From Treponemataceae bacterium (lineage in GTDB: Bacteria; Spirochaetota; Spirochaetia; Treponematales; Rectinemataceae), in the NCBI GenBank assembly GCA_963678065.2, contig CAXXVZ010000003.1:1152001-1216000 (forward strand): a DNA stretch of 64,000 nucleotides. The letters are read 5' to 3'. A program made the translations under genes and the position numbers. The notes beneath the pieces were generated by a model. That model made no database searches. It was not told the DNA's origin and saw only the letters and a program-made list of their open reading frames with translations. Positions 58,719 to 64,000 of the stretch are shown in pieces; the first letter of the stretch is position 1; every line of letters starts with the position of its first letter.

Positions 58719-61700
58719 ATGATCCGCATCGTGATGGACAGCTCGAAAACGCACAGGGATCCCTCCTCTGAAAGCAGGAGACTGGGACTTTTCGGGCAAC
58801 TCTGCGCGGAAGCGCGGCGATTCGGGGCTCTCGTCCATCCGGAGGAAGAGGGCATCGTCGCCGACTTCCCCGAGTCGCGAAGTCCGGGACTTCTCGCTCC
58901 GAGCCTTTTCCTCGAGTCGGCATCCGCCATCCTCGCGGCACCCGACGCCGAGCCCGCGCGGATACGCCTTCGGGTGTTTCCTCCCGGGGAAATCGGGGGC
59001 GGTCCCGGGGAAAAGCGAGCCGAGCAGGAAGCCTTCTACCCCGGCGTGTCGGCGGCTTCCGGGGCGCTCGCCGGATTCACCCGGTATTTCGCCGCGGAAA
59101 CCTTGCCGGGGACGGATTGCCGGAAAATCAGCCGTTTCCGTTTCAGAAAACCGCTCTGTCCGCCGGGCGAAATGGCCATCGCCGCGTGCCCGGACGATAT
59201 CGCAGGCCTGCGTTCGAAAATCCGGGAATTCTCTGCCTCGGCCATCTCCTGCGCTGCCGCCGCCCTTTTTCCGGCCTCGGGTTCCTCCCCTTCCACCGTC
59301 GGGACAATTCCCGCCCCGCTCTGCGTCCAGGGCCCTTCGGACATGGCCTTCCGTCTTCTCCTGGCCGCGTTCAAGGTCGAGTTCGGCGACGAGGCGGCGC
59401 TGTTCCCCATAGTCGGTCCTGGATCGCGCAAACGGAATGCCTTTTCGCCCATCATCGACGGGATCGAGGCCATCATCTCCGGACTGAGTGCAGGTGAACC
59501 CGCTTCGGAGGAAGAAGGCCGGATCTTCGGTGAACTGGCCGCCGGCGTGGACTTTTTCCGCCACTATCCCTACAGGACTTCATTCTGTCAGGACCTTGTC
59601 CGCGGCCTCAGCCTCGACTTCCGCAAGGCCCTTGAGCTCTACGCGCGGCGGATGGCCGCAAAGGGGCTGCCAGCCTGGATCATACTCCGCTGGCCGGAAG
59701 AGCTCTCCGAGGAATGCCTTGCCCTCCTCGGAGACCCGGAACTTTTCCGCGCAGGAAAGGGCATTCTCGTGGCGGCCGGATCCCGGGTGCCGACTTCCCC
59801 CCAGAATGCCTTCTGCCGTGACCCTGTGCGGATTGCCGGACTGTCCTTCGCCGACACGATACAGGTCGCCCGGAAAGAGCTTCCGGCGGGACTGCCGGGA
59901 CTCGACGCGGTCGCCGCGGCGAGGGCGAGCCTCCAGGATCCCTTGAGACTCGCCCTCATCATCGAGGCTGCGGGCTCCGCAGGCCAGTTTTCACCACTTC
60001 CGGGAACCTCATTCGAGGAGCTGGCAAAACAGCTTCTCGAGAACCTTCCGGAGGAACACTCACGCTATCTCGTCCTTTTGAGTCTCGCGGAAGGAGTCCT
60101 CACGGGGGCGGAATTCGTCTCGTACATGGCATCGCAGGGGTTCCCGAAGGCGGCCCTGGACTGCGTGGAGGAGTATTTTTCTTTTCTGGGCTTCATCTCG
60201 CGCGAATCGGGTCTTCCGAAACCAGTCTTCAGGGAAGTGCCCTCGATCGCGAAGAATATTCTTCCCGACTCAGGCTCAGAGCTTGTGGGCGATTTTCTCC
60301 GCCTCCTCGAAGCGAGGATGAAATCGGGCAAGGTCCGGCCATGCCTCGCCCTCTACCGCTCCCTCTCCCTGCCCGCGGCAGAGGACGCGACGACCCAGAC
60401 CCTCGCCCTCGAGTGCATCGCACAGGAGCTCGCCCTCGATCCCGCCCATCCCGGCACCTGGACAATCCAGGACTCGCCCTGCGCGCCGTGGTCCGATTTT
60501 TTGTCCGCCCAGGAGATGGGCGATCGGGAGGGCTCGGCGGGGGCTCTCATCGAACTGGAGCGATCGGCCATTCCCGGCACCCCATCGCGGGCCCTCGCGC
60601 TTCTGGCCAGGGCCTGCTCCGAATACGCAGAACACCGGATACCGAGCGCCGCTTCCTATGCAAAATCCGCCATCCTGGAATCGGGAGGTCGCAGACCGCC
60701 CCTCATCGAGGCGCGGGCCCAGAGAATTCTCGGACTCTGCTCCCTCGCGACAGGCCAGCTCATCCAAGGCAGCGCCTATCTCTCCAACTCTGCCGACCTA
60801 GCCGGTCCCTCTGGAGACTGGATGGAATGCGCCAGAGCGAAGATCGCGGAGGCAGGAAGCTGCCTCGCCATGGGAGATTTCGGGCGGGCGGGATTGCTCG
60901 CGCGCGAAACCTCCGCCCTGTCCAAACTCGTCCGACGGCACTACCCGGAGGAAGCAGCCTTCTTCGTGCTCGCCCGCATCGATTTCGAACTGGGAAGGTA
61001 CGCGGGGGCGAGCAGGACTTTCGGCGCTCTGGAAACCATCGCGGGCAGCTGTGGCCACGATGCGGTGTGCAAGCGTGCAGGGATCTGGAAAGCCAGATCC
61101 GACTGCCATCTCGGGGACACCAGACTTTCCCGGGCCATCCTGGACAGAGAATACGCGGATCCGGAGGCGCGGTGGTTTCTCGCCGAATGCCTCCTCGACC
61201 TCGGCATGACCTCGGCCGCCGCCGAGGCTGCCGCCGAGGCAACCCGCCTGGCGGGCTTCGCGCCGGAGAGCATCGAAACGCGCACGGAAGCGACAAAATG
61301 GACAGGCGCCGACTGGCATTCGTGGCAGGATGGCTTTTCATCGCTGGAAGGCCTTTCGGTAGGGTACGGTGCATCCCGCAGTCTCGCCTCGGACAGGATA
61401 CTCGCGTTCAGTCTCTACACCACATCGCTCGCTCAGCCCGCGACTGCGGAGAAAAACCTCGATACACTTCTCTCCCTCGCGCGGGAAAATCGCCTGGCGA
61501 CCGTTCACCCCTATTCCTATCTCTATTTCTACTATGCCTACCGGCTCTCCCTTCTTTCGGAATGCGCCGGGGCGAGTCCCCTCTCCCTGCTCGGGCGGGC
61601 GTTCAAGGCTCTGCAGCTCAGGGCAGGCAAGCTCGGCAGGGAAGCCGATTTCGCCGATTTTTTCGAGTCCAACCGCGAACACGCCGCGATCATGGCCGCT

Positions 61701-61724
61701 GCCCGTGCCTCGAAACTCATGTAA
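58719..61724 (+). CDS. Large hypothetical protein with a TPR-like helical C-terminal half
   Basis: 1001-aa ORF with repeated amphipathic helices (FVLARIDFELGRYAGA, WFLAECLLDLG); no catalytic motif recognised. Confidence 0.65.
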   Translation: MIRIVMDSSKTHRDPSSESRRLGLFGQLCAEARRFGALVHPEEEGIVADFPESRSPGLLAPSLFLESASAILAAPDAEPARIRLRVFPPGEIGGGPGEKRAEQEAFYPGVSAASGALAGFTRYFAAETLPGTDCRKISRFRFRKPLCPPGEMAIAACPDDIAGLRSKIREFSASAISCAAAALFPASGSSPSTVGTIPAPLCVQGPSDMAFRLLLAAFKVEFGDEAALFPIVGPGSRKRNAFSPIIDGIEAIISGLSAGEPASEEEGRIFGELAAGVDFFRHYPYRTSFCQDLVRGLSLDFRKALELYARRMAAKGLPAWIILRWPEELSEECLALLGDPELFRAGKGILVAAGSRVPTSPQNAFCRDPVRIAGLSFADTIQVARKELPAGLPGLDAVAAARASLQDPLRLALIIEAAGSAGQFSPLPGTSFEELAKQLLENLPEEHSRYLVLLSLAEGVLTGAEFVSYMASQGFPKAALDCVEEYFSFLGFISRESGLPKPVFREVPSIAKNILPDSGSELVGDFLRLLEARMKSGKVRPCLALYRSLSLPAAEDATTQTLALECIAQELALDPAHPGTWTIQDSPCAPWSDFLSAQEMGDREGSAGALIELERSAIPGTPSRALALLARACSEYAEHRIPSAASYAKSAILESGGRRPPLIEARAQRILGLCSLATGQLIQGSAYLSNSADLAGPSGDWMECARAKIAEAGSCLAMGDFGRAGLLARETSALSKLVRRHYPEEAAFFVLARIDFELGRYAGASRTFGALETIAGSCGHDAVCKRAGIWKARSDCHLGDTRLSRAILDREYADPEARWFLAECLLDLGMTSAAAEAAAEATRLAGFAPESIETRTEATKWTGADWHSWQDGFSSLEGLSVGYGASRSLASDRILAFSLYTTSLAQPATAEKNLDTLLSLARENRLATVHPYSYLYFYYAYRLSLLSECAGASPLSLLGRAFKALQLRAGKLGREADFADFFESNREHAAIMAAARASKLM

Positions 61725-61778
61725 GCAGCGACGTAGTGACCGCAATCGATGAGGGGCAATCGATGAGAGGCGATCACT

Positions 61779-62765
61779 GTGTCGCGGCTGACGGACCGCG
61801 GCTTTCGGTTGACCCCGGAATGCCCTTCCGTGCATACTCCGCCGGTGAGACCCCTCGAAGGAACCATCTTCCACGCTGCGCGCGGCTTTCTCGACCACCT
61901 GCTCGAAGAGCTGCCGGACCGGATCCGCGTCGACTCCGAACTCGTTACGGTTCTGGGACCCAGGCCGAAAGCCTACTGGACGCGCAATGTCTGGCTGGAT
62001 CCCTTGGTCATCGAGTTCGATTCGGTCGGAGAGGCCGCCCGCACGCTCAAGGCCATTCAGCGCAACTGGGCACCCTGCCCGACCCGCCTGCACAGGCGCA
62101 CGGCCTTGATCTCGGAGAGACTCCCGCCCCTGCCGACAAAACCCAAACCTTTTCCCTTCGAGATTCCCGCTGTCCCCATGGGCGCCTTCACCCTCCTCGA
62201 CGAAAACCTCCTCGTGGCCTCTCCGGCCTGCTCGAGCCCCTTCCCAAACGGTGAGTTCGAGTTCGAGGAGGACAAGGAGGGACCGCCGAGCCGTGCCTAC
62301 CGGAAAATCTGGGAGGCTCTGCTGCTCGCGGGGAAGAGGCCGGGGCCGGGCGAACGCTGTGTCGACGCCGGAGCCTCGCCCGGCGGCTGGACCTGGGCAC
62401 TCGCGGGGCTCGGCGCCTCGGTGCTCGCCATCGACCGCGCCCCTCTCGATGAGCGCATAGCGGCCATGCCGGGGGTCAGCGCCATGAAACACGACGCCTT
62501 CACCCTCAAGCCGGCCGATATCGGCGCCGTGGACTGGCTGTGCTCGGACGTCATCTGCTATCCGGAAGCCCTCTACGCGTGGGTATCAAAGTGGCTGGAT
62601 TCAGGCCTCGCCCGGAATTTCGTCTGCACGATCAAGATGCAGGGCGCATCCTTCGACAAGGCGACGACAGAGCGCTTCGCCGCCATACCCGGCTCCCGCG
62701 TCGTCCACCTCTGGCACAACCGCCACGAACTCACCTGGATCAAGCTGGACCGAACATCGCCTTGA
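61779..62765 (+). CDS. SAM-dependent RNA 2'-O-methyltransferase (RlmM/FtsJ-like)
   Basis: PPSRAYRKIWEA, VDAGASPGGWT, AIDRAPL, DWLCSDV, TIK, HNRHELT. Confidence 0.85.
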   Translation: MSRLTDRGFRLTPECPSVHTPPVRPLEGTIFHAARGFLDHLLEELPDRIRVDSELVTVLGPRPKAYWTRNVWLDPLVIEFDSVGEAARTLKAIQRNWAPCPTRLHRRTALISERLPPLPTKPKPFPFEIPAVPMGAFTLLDENLLVASPACSSPFPNGEFEFEEDKEGPPSRAYRKIWEALLLAGKRPGPGERCVDAGASPGGWTWALAGLGASVLAIDRAPLDERIAAMPGVSAMKHDAFTLKPADIGAVDWLCSDVICYPEALYAWVSKWLDSGLARNFVCTIKMQGASFDKATTERFAAIPGSRVVHLWHNRHELTWIKLDRTSP

Positions 62766-64000
62766 GGCGGTCGAAACAGGCGGCGCCCTCTTCCTCCGTG
62801 AACTCCCCCTCGATCTCGGGCTGGCTCGTGAGCCCGGCCGGAATCTCCAGAAGGAAGGGCGAAGGCGCGCAGTCCACGATCTGGTTGCGGTTGCGCCGCT
62901 TGAGGCACGAAGAGATGACGAGTTTCTGCCTCGCCCTCGTCACGGCGACGTAGAAGAGCCGCCTCTCCTCCTCCAGGTTGCCCTCCCCCTCCTCGATGGC
63001 GCGGGCGTGGGGCACGATGCCGTCCTCGCAGCCCGCGAGGAAGACGACGTCGAACTCGAGGCCCTTGGCAGAGTGGATGGTCATGAGGTTGACCTTGCCC
63101 TCCCCGTCCTTGTCGTCGTCGCGGTTCACGAGGCTGACGCGGGAGAGCCACTCGTAGAGCCCCGGGCTCAGGTTGTCGGGGTCTTTCTCCCAGTCCTCCA
63201 TGGACTGCAGAAGGAGCTCGATATTGCGGAACTTCCAGACCGCAACCTTGTCGTTCGTCTTGTGCTCTTCGACGAGGTAGCCCCAGTAGTCGATCCTGTC
63301 GATCATGGCGCGCACTGCCTGGGCGATGCGCTTCTTGCCGAGGAGCTGTTCGCGGAAGGACTCGATGAGATCCATGAACTCACAGAGTTCGACGATACTC
63401 TTGCCCGAAAGCTCCGACAGGGCACCCGAACGCAGAAGCTCGACGGCCGAGCGAAGCGAGCACGAGTGAGCCCTCGCGATGAAAACCAGCTTCTCCAGCG
63501 TCGACTTGCCGATGCCACGCCTGGGGGTGTTCACGATGCGCACGAAGTTGGTGTCGTCGTCGGGATTGGCCACGACCCGCAAGTAGGAAATGACGTCGCG
63601 GATCTCCTTGCGTGAGTAGAAGGAGGGGCCGCCCGTGATCCTGTAAGGAAGCCCGGCGGCCATGAGGGATTCTTCGAGCTGGCGTGAGAGCGAGTTCGTC
63701 CGGATGAGGATGCCGAACTCTTCCCAGGGTTTGTTCTCCCTGAGCCGTATCTCCTTTATGGAGCGGCTTATGTACTCGGCCTCCTGTCTGTCGTCCTCGG
63801 GGCTGACCAACTCGATGGGCGTGCCCTCTTTCCCCGAGGGCGACCAGAGGTTCTTTACTTTGCGGTTCGTGTTGTTGGCGATGATGGCGTTGGCCGCGGT
63901 CAGTATGGTCGAGGTCGAACGGTAGTTCCGCTCGAGCTTGATCTCTTTCACGGCGGGGTAATCCCGCTCGAAACGCAGGAGATTCTCGTAGTTCGCCCCG
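62740..64000 (-). CDS. UvrD/PcrA/Rep-family helicase, 3' part (runs off the window)
   Basis: LERNYRST, LIRTN, NTPRRGIG, LMTIHSAKGLEF, EEERRLFYVAVTRA. Confidence 0.95.
   Translation of the reverse strand, partial: GANYENLLRFERDYPAVKEIKLERNYRSTSTILTAANAIIANNTNRKVKNLWSPSGKEGTPIELVSPEDDRQEAEYISRSIKEIRLRENKPWEEFGILIRTNSLSRQLEESLMAAGLPYRITGGPSFYSRKEIRDVISYLRVVANPDDDTNFVRIVNTPRRGIGKSTLEKLVFIARAHSCSLRSAVELLRSGALSELSGKSIVELCEFMDLIESFREQLLGKKRIAQAVRAMIDRIDYWGYLVEEHKTNDKVAVWKFRNIELLLQSMEDWEKDPDNLSPGLYEWLSRVSLVNRDDDKDGEGKVNLMTIHSAKGLEFDVVFLAGCEDGIVPHARAIEEGEGNLEEERRLFYVAVTRARQKLVISSCLKRRNRNQIVDCAPSPFLLEIPAGLTSQPEIEGEFTEEEGAACFDRLKAMFGPA

Noticed and set aside
60341..62254. 637-aa and other long alternative-frame ORFs across the window
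   Set aside because: They are Arg/Pro/Gly-rich shadow ORFs expected in high-GC DNA and overlap better-supported genes.

Overview
High-GC bacterial DNA. The order mraZ-rsmH-ftsL-murF-mraY-ftsW-ftsQ-ftsA-ftsZ-xer-dprA-topA-xer-hslVU-fli/flh is the spirochaete dcw-fla superoperon, so the source is probably Spirochaetota (inference). From left to right: (1) 1-1080, the distal part of a type I-C-like CRISPR array. Its first visible repeat is cut by an IS3-family element, and that element's orfA is cut in turn by foreign DNA whose end folds like an IS110 bridge/seek RNA with guide-like matches to its own insertion site. (2) 1.3-11.3 kb, a TRAP-fed sugar-acid catabolic operon (two URO-D-fold proteins, SDR, transaldolase, epimerase, garR) with a divergent MelR-like AraC regulator. 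(3) 11.4-24 kb, a GH31, a sugar ABC transporter and a DUF4038-type hydrolase, with an MFS-GNAT-ATP-grasp-PLP decarboxylase cassette in between. (4) 24.7-40.7 kb, a flagellar operon reduced to the type III export machinery. Rod, hook, ruler and stator genes are absent from their usual positions. FliF, FliG, FliM and FlhB have lost the domains that would contact those missing parts, FlhG has lost its ATPase motif, and the ORFs remain open and translationally coupled. This is the best candidate for an undescribed system. (5) 40.7-64 kb, housekeeping and cell-division genes. All calls come from motif recognition by eye; no database search was run.
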